NCBI GenBank assembly: GCA_048013815.1
Contig: CM106585.1
Coordinates: 20,770,001-20,834,000 of the forward strand
Length of the DNA: 64,000 nt
Reading direction: 5' to 3'
Source: Setoptus koraiensis
Taxonomy: Eukaryota > Animalia > Arthropoda
In this document: positions 14,604 to 28,600 of the stretch, piece after piece
How the letters are laid out: each line of letters opens with the position of its first letter
Numbering within the stretch: position 1 is the stretch's first letter
Program-made: the position numbers and the translations under genes
The notes under the pieces: model-generated
Told to the model about the DNA's origin: nothing
What the model saw: the letters and a program-made list of their open reading frames with translations, nothing else
The model's database searches: none

Positions 14604-17600
14604 TTCATGACCGAAAAATTGGGCCGAAAATCAGTGTTTTGGGTGGAAGCAAGCAGGATTTTCGGCTATGGACGTATTTAGGTGGGTTTTGTTTGGTCGG
14701 TTGGTTTCTGGTTTTCGCGAGTTGTTAATGTCTGAAATTTTCGGCCCGGAATCGATTTCGTTGCCCCTATTCATCATTTATAGTGGGCTCGGTTTCATCG
14801 AGTTCGACAACGGCGTCGCCATCGCTGACAGACGAAACTTTTAGAGACTGAAAATGGCCCCTTGTATCCATTCATTTGTACGCCCATTCGTTTGGAAATG
14901 ATCCAGCGAGATATCATCATAACGACCACCATAGCGAGCGAGCGAGCAGAATTATTATTATTAAGAAACTATTATCCTGATCTCAGCTGCTATCATTATT
15001 ACGTTATCATTACACATCGGAGGCTCAATGGTAGCCACTGGCCAGTAAGTGATAGGTGGTCGGCGCTCGTTTCTGGCTCAAGCTCCAGTTTGATCTGGTC
15101 GCAGCGCAATTGGGGCCCAGCTCGCCGTTGGATAATGATAGATCTTGGTTCAGTTTTAACCAGACCATCGCGCCATCTATTCCGCATTCATTAGTTTTAG
15201 TGGCAACACACGTACAGAGAGAGAGAGAGAGTTAAATTGAATGACCGACAATCACGCATTGTCTCGCTGAAATGTCTACTGTGCCCTCTACCCGTTCAAT
15301 GCGATCAATCGCATCATGCCGTGTTTCATCTGCGTCTCCCGTTTCGCCCGTGTAAAACTCGTGTAACCGCTACCTTGTCAGCGAATGACGATAATCTTTG
15401 AGGCTCGCATCGACAGCCAGTCCATATCGAAGGTTACTTGTTGTTGCTGATTTGGCCAATATAACTCAGGCTCAATTATCGCCAGCCAGCTTGATGTCTC
15501 GCACACTACTGCAAATTGTATTTATCTACTAATAATGGCCTCAGGCCAACCGATAAATATCTCCTAATCGGACTTCGAGCCATAGATACAAAGTTTGCTG
15601 GCGTCTGCGCAGCACAGACTCGATGCATACAGACTCGGACTCAACACTTCGAGCTCGACTTGTCGGCGCCCCTAACTGCGTGCAAGGGTACCCGAAATCA
15701 GCGTTTATTATGGTTTCTCTGACAGCTTGCCATCTTACTGTTTACAACGTGTAGCACTGATCGCGCCAAACACATTATCAGCAGACCGAGAACGATTTGT
15801 ACGATTTCTGCTGCACGAAAAATCCCGAAGCGAACCCGAAAAAGAAGTAAAAATTTTATAACTGTATCACGCCAATTATTGCGACGCGTAGCACTAATAA
15901 TGACATTAAGCAGCACAATAGCTAGTGTCCATTGCGTACCTGTCCTCACACGTTGACGTGAATATCCAACCGAAAAATTTCCAAAAACCATTTCTTAGCT
16001 CTGGCATTTCTGAAAGAGCCTGTCAAATCCATTGTGTCAGTGACGGCAAACAGCGAAAAAATTCGCCTAACTAACAACCGTGCGCTCAGATTTCAACTGA
16101 GACCTATGCGAAAAACGAGCCTGAAATGGGCGCATTAAGCGGGCCTGCAGATGTTTCGATATTTCTGTTGAGAGAATGCTGGTTCGGATTATATATTCGA
16201 AAATTGCTCGAAAAAAAGGTTGAAATAAAAGAACAAAAGTGGGTCTAGCGGCAGATAATCGAGCATAAAAATCAAATCTGGCATGCTGAAAAGATTGGCC
16301 TCGGCAGTCCAACGTGCGCTGGAGAAAAAAAAGATGATTCTCATTGTTATCCGACTGCGGTGCTAATAAATAAACTACCCGCGCTGGCTGCCCGGCGCGA
16401 ATACCTAATGCAATCTAGATAATACCTATGGAGATCTAGAGAGAAAGAACATAATGGCAGCAACATAAAGCATTGCCCATTAATAGTTGAGTTTGTTGTG
16501 CTGGCAGGAATATCATAACTATTTTTTTGGCAACGAGAAAGAAAAAATTAATTCAATTTGCTACCACTAGTCGTTTGCCGGGAACACCTGGAGTCCCCAT
16601 TGTACAATTGGGCCAGCTACCGAGTGTCGTAACTACCACTAACTTATTAGACAAAGCGAAGCTATACTAATTTATTTATGCGGCCATAATTTATAAGCCG
16701 GCCAAGCTTCCCTTTCGCTCTTTCTGGCTCTTTTTCTCGAGGCAATTTGTTGACCATACAAAGCGACAAGTCGGACCACAATTTCATTTCGCTGCGCCCT
16801 CGCCTCGCCCGGCCTCGACTCCCCTTTTCGAGACCCACTATCGCCAGCCAGCAGCAACATCCGGTCGGCCTGAATTAAGCCGACTAAGTGACCGACTGAT
16901 AACGGTTCGCCCATTGGGGAAATACCTGTCCTGGCTTGGCAATGGGCATGCAAACGGCATTATATCTGTCTGTCCAGTGGACAGTGGCCATTTAGGCATT
17001 AGATGATAAAAGGCAAACATTGGATAAAGATATGGATGATATCTGTTTGACAATCTAGCGATTCTAATTCATGACGTGACGCCTCACCTGGTCTCGGCTC
17101 GCAAGGACCAACAGCATGACAATAATGATATTTTCTTGATGAATGAAACAACTCAATGGTGCGCACGGATAAACCGATCCACACTAGAGAGCCACAAGAA
17201 TGCCATAATGGTTCGAGACGCCACTTGCGACGGAAATAACTCCATCTGAATTGAGCTGCAACTTACAAGCTGTACAAGCTGTAATGTGTAATAGGTACAA
17301 GTGACAATTAGACAAAATGGAGCCCTCCATTTTGTCCATTTTGTCCATTTCCCCCGCACACAGGCGGACACAATGGCGAGCACAGATAGTCGCTGATAGC
17401 TTATGGCCATAACAGTTTATCTGCGGATGGTCTGGCTTTTTTTTCTGGGCCCCGTGCCATCACAGGCAGGCCACGATAGCGCAGAGAGTTGATCGCCTCG
17501 GCCGGCCCCTGCGTTCGCACCGTTACTGTTGATGACGGGCGCCTAATTTGGTATTACCAACCAATTGCCAGTAGCCACGATAATGGTCGCCAGTGAGGCC

Positions 17601-19562
17601 AGCCAGCCAGCCGGCCGGCCAGCACCAAAAACAACTGCCACTGGGGCCCCCGAACAGCGTCGCATGCATGAGCGCAATTATATTCCAATCCCCACGTGGT
17701 GGTTATTGCGTTGCTCGGTTTGTGTGTCGTTTCGTAACCATTCCACGTGCTGATAGCGGCTGTTGGCGAGCTGGCTGCTGCTGGCCATTGTTCTGGTGCC
17801 TTCAACACGCAGCACCCAACAAAAGATTTTATTTTCTAAATAGTTTTCAGTCATGCTGCTCGTGTGCAATTTGTTTTTACGTGTACCTGTCTTACATATC
17901 ACCTATTCTCTGCCGCTGCTGTATCTTTCTATCTCCTTTCGCTCTTTATCTGCTGGCTGGCGGGCTCATTGTCCGTTTCTTTTTTGCTCACGGCTGCGTA
18001 CGGGCGCCCCAATGAGCAAAAGAGCCCGCCGTGCCTGATAGGTCGCCACTTATTCGCCGTCGACCAGTAAGCCCGACAAGCGCCCTCCCCCCCCCCACCA
18101 ACGATAAGCCACTGAACATGACATGCCGCTGAGCTATGTTACATGATAGCATAATGGCTGGCTGACTCGGACGCCCCCATCACGGGGGCCCTACGGTAAT
18201 ATGATCCGGTAGCGAGCGGCACAGGGTTGAGAGATGCGTGGCATGTAGGCATGTGGGCGACTTTTAATACATGACGGCCTTTTGCACAGAACAACCGACA
18301 AAATTTGCCTTCCTCACCTGGCCGACAGAATTAAAGATCAGCGCGCGCGCGCCCGCCCGCGAAACGAAACAAAATAAAACAAAGCCAACTGACTGTGAGC
18401 GAGCGAGCGAGTGAGAGAGAATAAAATGTTATCCGCTCTTCGCAATATTATCATTATCATAATCTCATCTATGTTTATATCTCTGCTAGACAATTCGTGT
18501 TGCAATTGCGTGAATACTACGCCAGTTCGCTCTGGCTAAATTCAATTTGGACTTGTAGTTAGCGCCGCATCCACAAATGGCCATCGACCAATTTTGTTCG
18601 GGGGGCCCCAGTCACAACAAGCACAACCGTGTGTGTGTGTGTGTGTGTGTGCATTATTCATAAAGTGTCCCCTACTGTACAACTTCACATTTATCCGCGT
18701 TAAAATGCCGATGCCGCGTGCCCATGCAAGCAAATACGCACAATCGATGCTTGCGCAACCGCCTCAGCAAACACCAAGATCCTCTCTATTTATCCGCTCC
18801 TCTTATCTATTCGCCCTATTCTCAGCTCATCTGTCTGCGTGTGTGTGTGTGTGTGTGTGTGTGAGTGCAGTTTATCTAATCACCTGAAGCATGCCTGTTT
18901 TATCGGGTAGTAATGAATGATAGTAATCTGTATGTGGCATGTTAGATAGTGCCCGTTCCTCGGAGGCCCCACACAATCTTCGCATCGGAATTCTCATTGC
19001 ACGACCAACAAAACAGACAAGACTTTTTCCTGCTGTTGCTTTCTATCACACTTTCTAAGTGCACACAGATATTGTATTGGAATCTTGTCTTTTTTCGCCT
19101 CTTATTGTTTTGAATCGGCCTTGCTTTGTTATTTGCACTGTCCGCTTGACAGAGTGGTATCTAAAAGGCGTCATCCATTCGGGCCCGGCTAGATTGGATC
19201 TCGCTTTTGTCTCGCTTCCACAAGCCACATAGCCGTTCATAAGCACACTGGCCTTGATGACAGAGTGCGGAAAAGGGTTGTGTGAGAAAAAAAAAAGTTG
19301 TATAGTTGTTGCACTGCTGGAAATGATTAATGAAACGGTAATTATCTCGGATTCAGGTCGTTTTTTTTCTGCACATAAGTTATCTAACTTTCACTATTCG
19401 AATTACACTTTAACTGACGCATTCTACCATGTGAATCAGACGTACGCCTGAAAATTAATGGAGATGCATATTGTAATTGCATTTCGTGAATTAGTTCGGT
19501 GGGCCCGATTATCTGCGTCATCGTAATGATGAGTATGACAAGTCGATCAATCACAGTAACTA

Positions 19563-21932
19563 CTATTCTGGTATTGGATATTGTAGCAACAATGTTATGC
19601 CCGATGCGATCCATCCAACTATCTGTAAGATATAGAGGTACAATATTAAATGAGATGATGTAGTCATCGAAGAATACGAAATCAACGAGTCAAGGATTAG
19701 GATCTTCGGGACGGCACTTGTTCCTCTGCCGTAGTGTACTAACCTTTGGCAAATTACCAAGTGTCACCGGATATACATTGAAGATAAGAAAGGCCACATT
19801 TTCAACACCATTTAGATCCTCTTCTATGGTCAAAATGCGTTCCCGGTTCTGGTTTGTCATACGTGAACTGTTGGTCAAGAGCTTCTGTAAGGCATGATAG
19901 ATGGCCACGAACTGGAGAAATGATTGAATGGATGATAAAATATGAATGGAATTCTGTTATAGACAGTGGCAGATAAGAGTAGTGATCTGTGTGAGCCTAG
20001 GGTTGCTCACACTCTAACATTTTCTCGCATCCCTCGCACGAGTAACGTGAGGGCGACGAGAAAATAGGAAGAAACGAGAGCATGACTGAGAAAAATTCGC
20101 TCATCACCTGATAGCAAATGACAGAGTCACAGTAATAGTTTGCTAAATAACTTGTATCATGATAATCACCTTGGAATGGATAAGAGCGGCAAAGAAACTG
20201 AGAAGAAGGATGGGAAGCAGATATCCTTGCAAAAGAACACTCATAAGTTGAACATCCAAAACGCTCGGTTCTGGCGTCGTGATGAGCGTTGAGAGAGTCA
20301 ATATAACACAGGGCATCTTGAAAATAAGTTCCAAATTTAAATCGAGTGTAAAACGTCGCTTCAGAAGATCAAAATCCGAGCGCAGCTCAACAATCATCCT
20401 GATAAGTCTATCTATTTTTTTGGAAAGATCAATCAAATTTGTATCATCTTTGTCGATAATTGTATCAAGCCGCTCCTCTTTGTTGATCTCATTGTCTCTG
20501 TTGCTGTTTCGTATGTTCGGTATGATGTAGTTTGGTTTCCGTTTTCTGTTGTGCCGAAACAATTCAACCAACTGTAAGGAAAAATTGAGCGTATGTCTGG
20601 CTTTGCTATAACAGATTGAACAGTGAAAAAAGAATAAGGCGACCTCTCCGTAATGCAACAATGTGACAGTGCAACAGAAAACTATTACCAAATAAGAGAT
20701 TAGACGTTGTTCAATAAATGTAGTCACTGAATGGCCACAGTAGTCATACTCAATCACTAGGGTAAGTCTCATAACGATCGCAGCGCCAAAAAATGTTGCC
20801 AGCAAACATGCTACAACCACATGAGACATTATTCTCAGCAACACCAAATCCAATACATGGACTGATCCATTTTTGAGAAGCTGCTTTGGAAATTTCAGCT
20901 GATAATTGATCTCTCTGTAACCATCGTCAAAATCAAACAATTCTTTTTCGTAATTTGCCTGTGTTGAATCTCTCAGGATTATATTGGATAACTCGAAACC
21001 ACTGACATCAATATGACACTCTTGATTATAATTTACGCCAATAATATACTCCTTATCTGACGATGAGGCAGCTTGACACAGATGCTTGCAACGCTTAGTA
21101 CTGCTTTTGGTTTGCTCACGATACACCTTATCTTTACACTGAACTCTATCTGTGAGGCCCAAGATGTACATCCAGCCTCGGGGAGTTAGTTTGAGACAGT
21201 CAGCGTATGTCATTCGCAAGTCGTGCTGATGATATCCGGTCTCTATTCTCGTGTTTCTGATTATGTTCATCGTACGAAACAGATAAATTTCTGTAAATAG
21301 TATGGTTACAACTCTGTTGATCATGCGAGAGAATCTATAGGGAGCAAGAACATTCAGCAGCAAATGTTTCTTCTCTAGTTCTACAATCAAATTTCTGCTA
21401 CCGAAACCAGACACCATAAAATTAACTATAAGGTAAATTGCACAAAGAAAGTCGAGTAGTTTCCATATAAGATAGCTCGGTTTCAGTTGTCCATTTTCCA
21501 GATATAATACTAGCCGAGCCTTCACTCTATCGAACGTCCTTCTTCTCTTCGAATCATGCTCATAATAAATTTCTGATTGATCTACAGGTATTTTTCCATC
21601 TTCTTCTTCTTCATTGCAAAAGCGGGCATATCTTGCTGAACCACTAATGTATATGACAATGATAATTAAGTAGCGCATCATATTGTATCTGATCGAATCC
21701 ATCTAGATAATATGCACTTTGTTGACAATATAACAGATGAAAGAAATGCAATTCGTTTTACATTTTGCCGGCGTTTGATATCATCTATTTACTTGCTTCC
21801 TCTTTCATTTGCTTCCAACATAAGGAATTTTCTTCTCCAGAAAAGTTAATTAACTGTCACAACCAGCCAATACACTATTCGAGTCGCATTTTACGGATGG
21901 CAGCCGAAAAGTTGAATATAAGCACGCCACAT
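19563..21932 (-). CDS. Gustatory-receptor-like 7TM chemoreceptor ion channel, spliced, about 579 aa
   Basis: Exons (minus strand): probable 21932-21895, then 21643-20170 (or 21702-20170 using the ORF-track ATG), 19911-19744 and 19622-19563. All introns are GT-AG, and the last two are phase 0 (AAG|GTGATT ... TTTCTCCAG; AAG|GTTAGT ... TCTTACAG). Seven hydrophobic segments match GR topology. The final exon IVGWIASGITLLLQY aligns residue for residue with the GR TM7 signature hhGxhhTYhhhhhQF. C-terminal phase-0 introns, including one just before this motif, are an established GR-family trait. The first exon is less certain than the rest. Confidence 0.8.
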
Positions 21933-22317
21933 ATGGAACTGTCTGTTATCTAATGGTCTGAAACATGCTCGATTGCTAAAAGTCAAATGTTGAATGGTTG
22001 AATGTAAACGATTTCCGATTTAATACAATTCGGGTCTCGCGATTGCTGCTTGATTCTGGTGAATATTTCGAAAATCGGCCATCTATGAGTCGGTCACTCA
22101 TCCGTACGACATGCTGAATATATTTGATATTTGTTCATCACGTAATCGCACAAAGATTTAGGCCGGAGTTTCGGTCTGGTACCGACACTGTTGTGTTCTG
22201 GTTGTCAGAACTAGCGTGCTGAAAATAATATTTCCTACCTATGTAAAAAATGTAAAAAAGTGGCAATAAGTATGAATTGAATACAAATGCATTTTCCTAA
22301 TTGGGTGTTTAGTCCAT

Positions 22318-22370
22318 ACTTTTTGCCACTTTTTGCCACTTTTTGCCACTTTTTCGGCCATTTTTGCCAT
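22318..22370. repeat. 10-bp tandem repeat (TTTTTGCCAC) x3 plus degenerate copies
   Basis: Read directly from the sequence. Confidence 0.85.
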
Positions 22371-25300
22371 TCTATATTCTACAGTTCAATGCCAATCCAC
22401 TCTCAGTGCCTGATGAACACATATCGTTGAAATAATTTATATGTGCACGCACTATAGCTAATTATTGATGGCCATCTCTTGACTGTATATTCTTATTTGG
22501 TTTTTAGATTCCTATTCGATTGAGAAATATCTTATCTCGAGAGCAAAATACATCAAGTAGCTCGAAATTGCACACTGTGACATTTATACGAAGTCACTCT
22601 AGTATCTTAAATTAACCTAGGTACCCAAACAACTTTCAGTCTAGAGATTCAATCATCTTCTGTCGTTATATTATTTGTGAATTTTCTTTAGATTGTTATT
22701 GAATTAAACGAGAATCGCAGAGAAGTGGGAGATTGCATCAGGAACAGTGGTACTGATTATCTGCATTATCACGAGCTAGAGAGTTATCTGATTAGAGGTC
22801 ATGCCATTTCTTTGTCATCTGTCGTCAAAAATTTTTTCAATGAACTGACAAGTTTATGGACAAACAATGAAGCACAAGTCTGCCACCACTTCTGTTTGGG
22901 CATTTTCAAGTGTGCCTGGCCAATTTCATATGTTCCAGTGATATAATTGACGGACAGTAGATAACAAACAATGATACGAACAATGATACGAAAACAGTAC
23001 AAAACTAAAACAAACTGAGCTTTGTGGACGGCTTGTTTGCGCGTAGTCCAATTAGTATTTGCAAATATAACGGTCGCCGAGTAATTACCACTGTTAACTT
23101 CCTCAATCTCTTTAGTGTGTCACTAGATAGTGTCATTATATTATGTACGCCTTGTGCCTCCTCTAGTGGATACATCGTGGCTCGTTAAGTAACATCAGCA
23201 CTAGCGGCCGCGATTGAAAGTGAGAGAGAGAGAGACAAAGGGTAAATTTTCTGGGCGACAAGAGTGAGCCTAAATGCATCATCCATTCATTGACCATCAA
23301 TTACTGGTTCGCTTCAGCTTGCCATCGACCAAACGATCTATCAATAGATAGACGGATAGATAGATAGACGAACGGACAGACGGACAGATAATTAGATAGA
23401 TAAATAGATAGATGGAGATAGAGCGAGCTGAGCATGACACAATCGCAGTGTTTGTACGCATCACTCGAGCAAGCTCCCAATTGTTGTTGCGCAAAGAAGG
23501 CATATGGTGCCCCCTAAACTCGCCTTGCTGACCCCACGGCTCGCTGGCTTATCATCGGCACAGATTTTTGCTTGTGGCGCCGCCGTTGATCTGCTTGCCG
23601 GAAAATCAGGCTGGCATACATAGGCAGGTCAAAGGGGCGGCTGGTGCGGCGGGTGCCCCCGATCGGAATGTTGATCAGATGCCAATGATACCGCTGCCCG
23701 CTGAGCGATATTGAGAGTTCACATTCGCCCCACTACAGCCAGTACATAGGCATTCCATTGTGGCCCCAACAATGCAATCTATGTGCAGTCGCATTTTGTG
23801 TAAGCATTAGCGTCTGGCTGCGATATCGCAGCAAATGCAGCACTGGGGCCTCAACAGTAATTAGGTGGCCAACAAGCCAGAACGTTCGCGCTAAATTCGC
23901 TCTAAAATCGTGTGGTCGTTTGTCCACTATCTCGCCAATATAATATATCTAGTTGCTGGTGCTGCTACTGTTGTGACAAATTTGTTGCCAGCTCAATATT
24001 GAGCAGCCATTATCGTGATTATAATTGGCACAATTGATTGACTGGTTAGCTGGAAAGCGTAAAGTTCATCTCAATGCCAAAATGGACGGGGCTCTATTAT
24101 TGGGGCGAGCTTTTGATAGTCGCTAAGTAGTTGAGATTTAGAGCCACCAAACTCAATTGAGCTGCTCGCCCAGTCCCTCGTGTGCAACAAAGATAACACC
24201 AGATTAATGAAACTAGATTTGGCAATCCATTTCGCTAAATCTAGTTGCATCTATCCATCTGTCTATCTGATTTGGATTGGTCAGCCCCGTTGCGGACGAC
24301 ATCGAAACACGAATATCGGCGCCAATCATTACATTTCTATTATTAGCTGCTGTTAGAAGTGCGAAATGCCACACAAACTGCCTGGCACAAAACGTTTGCC
24401 AAGCCCGACACCGATTGTCTAGCCCGACATATGAACTCGGATATTAATTTGCCTGTTCGACCTGCACGAGTTCAATTCGTTGGCCTGACCTCTTGAACCC
24501 TTCCGAGTTAACGTGACTGCCAAAACTCGCGCCCCGTTAAAAACAAATTATGCTAAATAGCACAGGAAAAGCATTTATTGATTCGTGTAGCGTATCGTAT
24601 TTATTTCATTCATGCGGCACATCTATGCAAATCCATTATTTGCTTTGTTGCTCGATGAATACAATAAACTTTCGAAATTCAGCGGAACCCGTGCGAAAAC
24701 AACCCAGATAATGATACATATTTTTTTCTTTTTTTTTGCGAGCTTCAGCCTGAGCTGGACTGGATAATTCGATCCAGTTGAAACCAAAATCATTTTCTCT
24801 CTCTCGTTTCATATATTCTCCCTATCGTGGGCGAAGATTGCTCATGATTTATTCATTGCGCTATTGACGCCTCGCATCAATTTGGCAATCTGGGCACCTC
24901 TCGGCACACGATGATAGCACCTAGCATGAATAAGATTAAGAATTAGCGGTTTGCGGGCCAAATTTTCACGTGAGCAACATTTACTAGTGTCGTGCGAGCA
25001 ATTTTTTTGCAAATCAACTGAGATAAATTTCGCCCTCCGATCGCCGTCCATTGGTTCCTGGATTTCCGAGTGAGACAAAAACACTCAACGAAGGATGCTC
25101 GCAGTGCAGAAACACCTTGTCCTGCTATCTGTGCATGCGATTGAGCTCCAAAAGTATGCAAATGAGGCCAGAATTGTCTAGGCAGAATTGTCTTGGCCAG
25201 ACTGTGCGCAAAAGAATAAAAGTACCAGAAAGTAACAATTTTTGCGCAACGACTCTCGTAAAAGAACTCACTGATTGTGCTACTGTCAGTAAATTGCTAC

Positions 25301-25580
25301 ACATCAGAGAGCATCAACTCTCAATTTGGTGCAGACTTTGCGAATCGGTTTCGTTAATTTGATTAGTCAGTAAGAAGGATTGCATTATATTGTGCCGGCC
25401 TGCAGATATCAGCAGATTATCACATCAGCTCATTGACTTACTTTCACTGGTGAACTTTCGTGTGATCGTCCAATCACTTGAACATTTCACTTGAACGAGC
25501 TCAACACTTATTTATTAAAGTGTCTGGCCACCATTATACACATATGTAAGACTTAAAATGGGTTTAATAGCAATAACTAA

Positions 25581-25680
25581 TAACCCGAAATAACCCGAAG
25601 TAATCCGAAATGTCCCAAAATGCCCCAAAATGATCCGAAATGAGCCGAAATGAGCCAGAATAGCCGAAAGTAGTCAAAAT
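25581..25680. repeat. Degenerate 10-bp tandem repeat (TRAYCCGAAA-like), about 10 units
   Basis: taacccgaaa / taacccgaag / taatccgaaa / tgtcccaaaa / tgccccaaaa / tgatccgaaa / tgagccgaaa / tgagccagaa and so on. Confidence 0.85.
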
Positions 25681-28600
25681 AAATACATTCACGTCACATG
25701 TTGTGTTTAGGTTGTGCGCTTGTAACGAAATTGTCTCAATGTCGCATCGGCTATCTGGAGCCCCGATGCAAATGCTAATGTGTTTTCGCTCTAACGGTGA
25801 CGCCAGTAAATTAATAGAATCTTGCGCGCCTGACCAAATGTCAGTCCGAAGTGCAACAGAGACAGAAAGCGAGAGAGAGAGAGAGAGCGACAGAACGAGG
25901 GGGCAATACGACGTTTAAATAGTACTTAAAGTCAACTTGCAGATCATTTGGGCCGCCTTATGAGACCCGTTTTGTGCTCAAGTACACCGGAAATGGGCAC
26001 AACGCGCAATGCATCCAACAAAACAGTGACACATGCAAGTTACATCATGTGCCCAATCGGGGGCCCAACGTTAAGCGTGGCAATGGCAATACACTTTAAC
26101 GGCTTGAGAATTAGTCTTTTGGCTAGGATGAGGAGTGGACGAAAATTGTTAGTTTAGTGTCAGTGAGTGGGTCGTCTGTTTCTAGGCTCGGTGGCGGACG
26201 TTGCGCAATCACTACAACTACTTCTAGACAAACCCACAAACTAATTCAATGAAAAGCAACGCTAGCCAGACCAATGGCAAGCCGGCTGACGTTTCTGCGC
26301 GAGCCAGAAGAGCGACAGCTAATACGACAGTGGCCATCATTCAATAGCGATAATTCACATGGAGGCCAAGGCGTCGTCTCTTTGCGTGCAAATTATCCAA
26401 GCCTCGAGTTGGCTTTTCGGGAAGAGGCTGGGGGGGCCTCTTGTCGTCTGGCAATGACGGGACAGCTAGCAAAAGAAGGCGCAAGCTGCGCGCGTTATGT
26501 TCAACGACCAATGGCAGATCGGATAAAATAAAAGAATAAATGGATGTCATGATGGTGAAGGAGGGCATGACTCTGCCTCTACATACATATGTATATATAA
26601 GAGAGAATATCGTTGAGCAGTTTCCATTTCAGCGACAGCGGGCTCGCGCCAGTCTGTTTCTCAATTGCAACACACGCTAATAGCTGCCACCACCACTGAC
26701 TTTGCCGTATAATTTGCATAAATGAATGCGCCACTTTATGGGCCTTGTTCCCGCAATCAATCTAGATTAAAGTGCCTCTCACATCTGCGACTCACATCTT
26801 AATCCCATAACGCACACTGGTGTTTGTTTGTTTTTTGTTTGTTTTGATTGATTGATGCGGCTCAAATCGCAGATCGCTCGCCGCCAGCAACAGCGAAACT
26901 GTAAACCAGCTCACAATGTTTCGAGTGTAGAAAATATTCGGCAAGCGATAGTGAAATTTTGAATGAGAAAAATTCATTTTCTAGCCAGCGAAATGCGTCT
27001 AAATGAAATTAAAGTGGCACCAAATGATTTTTCATTATCAGCGACAAATCATCCGCTATTTGGCTCACCAGTAGCGAGCAATAGTTGACACTAGTTGCAT
27101 CACTATAATCGGCATGATGTGGCGGGTCGGCATGATGAGCAAAGCGATCGGTTTTCGGATGCATTCGATTGCGAACCAATATCAAAGAAAACCTTTTACA
27201 ACTCGTTCGAAGCTGTGCGAAAGATCCATCATTCACACTAGCCACGAGCTCAACCACACTGGGCACGCTTATCAAACTTAATTGATTTATAAATGTTTGA
27301 TAAATGATATGGAATTGCGAATATGAAAATTTCTATTTCTCAGCCAACAATAGGTTTTCTTCAGACAAACAGTTAATATTGGAGGAGCTGGATTCTTGGG
27401 GCAGATGACTAGAAAGAACAAAAGGAATTCTTTTCGGCTCCATTAACTCGAACCCCGTGCTCACCAAACTGCATGCCTTTGTTTCTCAGTTTGCTGTCTA
27501 CTAACGTGGCTACTATTAAAGGAGCCATACATGGTATTCGGTCGCATATGCGCATAGGCTGCCGATAAAAGGACAACATTAATTGCGGTGTATCAGAAAA
27601 ATATTGTTCTCAATATTTGACGGAAACACACTCCGTGTAATCAGCCTAGACAGGCGGAAATTCGTTGTAAGTGTTGAAATGAATCGACAGATCTGACCGA
27701 ATATGCGCATGGCCTTCAGAATTGAAATTGCCCCGGCAATCTCTGGTTGGTTCAGTTACTTGTGATCAGATGATCAAGCGATCAATCAATGAAAAAAAAA
27801 AAACATTGGCGAGCATAGCGTGTGGCAGTTCCAGGTCAACATTAGCTGCGAACATTAGCTTTAATCCAGATTGATTGGGGCCAGTGAACTGGGCGGGATC
27901 ATCTTTCCAAGTTGAACAGTTTGTTCTTCATTTCGATTTTCTAGTACGCGAATCATACAGAGAATAAAGATAAAGACTAACTTTCTGCATTCTCTCTTCT
28001 CGTGACTGGTATGCGTCATTTGGCTCATCATCTTTCGCCAAATGCTAAATAAGTGAGCGATCCCAATGAGTCCGACAGAAGCTCATCAGAGGAGACTGAC
28101 GTAAAAGATTGTATAATACGTAATAATAGAGACACGGAAACCTTTTTCATTTGTATCCCTAATAATGAGCGAGTCACCGATTCGTTATCAACATTAATTA
28201 TCTATTCTTTAATACAGTGTCAGCGCTCTTACTGAGCTGCTTTTCTAAAATTTAACGTCTTTGTTTTTTCCGAAACCCGAAAAAACATTGGCAGCCCATT
28301 GAACTTGCACCAGCAGTACTCATCGTGTCATGTAAAACAAATCAAAATATCTGTGGAATGCAAGAAGTTTATTTTCTTGCTGGCAGTTGTGGATGCGAAT
28401 ACTAACTTTAGCGTTGATTTCTAGAGAGTATTACCAGTGGATCTCAATCAATTCGCCAATCCTGCTCTGATTAGCAAGTTGCTTAATGCAACCATGGCAG
28501 TGATTTCGTGTAAAACAAACACAAGTTATTATGAGATTGCTTTTGTTTTCTTTTGTCACGGGCAGTTGGTGTTTTGTGTCGAGAAGCAACGGAGAATTGT

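Noticed and set aside
22725-22946. 73-aa ORF upstream of the GR-like gene, considered as a transposase or receptor fragment
   Set aside because: No recognisable motif and no donor or partner exon.
27381-27465. GGAGFLG (Rossmann-like) on the plus strand and EHGVRVN (SDR-like) on the minus strand; also a GGTTCGAG B-box-like motif
   Set aside because: The two motifs are on opposite strands in short stop-bounded frames, and no tRNA cloverleaf or SINE spacing can be built.
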